The translations under genes were made by a program, and so were the position numbers. A stretch of 63,763 bases of DNA, filler included, from Pelomyxa schiedti (Eukaryota; Protista; Evosea): assembly GCA_020536535.1 (NCBI GenBank). It is 13 parts of 13 records of this genome, joined end to end, with 100 filler letters (N's around TTAATTAATTAA, not from the genome) between each part and the next. Parts side by side here need not be neighbours in the genome. Positions count along the whole stretch, not along the records: positions 62,687 to 63,763 come from JAHLWZ010002879.1; 12 more parts are not named here. One strand, given 5' to 3'. Below are positions 63,249 through 63,763 of the stretch, in pieces. The notes under the pieces are model-generated. The model did not search any database and was not told where the DNA came from. It saw only the letters and a program-made list of their open reading frames with translations. Numbering within the stretch: the stretch's first letter is position 1; each line of letters begins with the position of its first letter.

Positions 63249-63763
63249 CGACAACAAAATTTAATAAAGGAACCATCTCTTTTTTTTCCTGCTTTTGAGA
63301 TGGGATGGCGAGTGTTGGTGTTGTCTCTCCACAGTTTCATGGTGGGGTGTGTGCCAGTATTGTGTCTGCGCGCAGAATTAGGGATGCAAATAGGAACTAT
63401 GGGCAACACATACCGTCAGGTTGATTCTGTTTTCGGCCGAACAGAAACGTGGCGCCCCACTGTGCAGGGCTCATCTCGGAATCCACAGCAAGACCAGTGG
63501 TCCTCACGGTCCTATTTGGTTGGGCAATGATTGGTGCTTGGTTGTGGGGCAGGAGGAGGCCAACAGGGGCGAGGGGGGCGAGGAGGGGTGCGACGAGGTC
63601 AGGAATGGCGGGGCGGAACCGCGGCAGAGGAATGTATTCCGACTGTGGCCCACGCTATCAACGCTGTCGTCGGCGGGAGATACAGAGGAAGCTGTTGTGC
63701 CTTTGGTGTGTGTGGTTTCCTTTCTTTATTAATTGTTCCTCTACTGTTGCGGCAACCTCTAAT

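Overview
Gene-dense, intron-rich eukaryotic DNA with short, mostly GT-AG introns. It comes from a gapped draft assembly in which most N-gaps contain an artificial TTAATTAATTAA spacer. The gene content (GPCR-PIP kinase fusion, MORN-RING, expanded lineage-specific ankyrin-like families) suggests an amoebozoan protist, possibly Pelomyxa; this is inference only. Host genes, in order: two inverted paralogs of an unknown protein, papain-family cysteine protease, GH5 mannanase-like glycosidase, DH-PH RhoGEF, ADP-ribosylglycohydrolase, Ser/Thr kinase, ankyrin/F-box/Rab fusion, GPCR-PIP5K, chorein-N (BLTP3-like) protein, TRIM-like RING/B-box protein, LRR surface protein, 3xUBZ pseudokinase, MORN-RING protein, ankyrin-like proteins, a WD40 fragment and an ornithine-cyclodeaminase-family fragment. 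There are two related, degenerate, intron-containing piggyBac-like transposase loci (~28.1-30.3 kb and ~46.1-48.1 kb). The most unusual signal is a set of six local inverted duplications. Two of them (27624-27904 and 31328-31801) bracket the first piggyBac-like locus. They are tight hairpins whose arms are diverged protein-coding homologues differing largely at synonymous positions, so they cannot be simple fold-backs or same-template amplification chimeras. They are candidate hairpin-RNA (endo-siRNA) loci. Exon boundaries were read by eye and are approximate.
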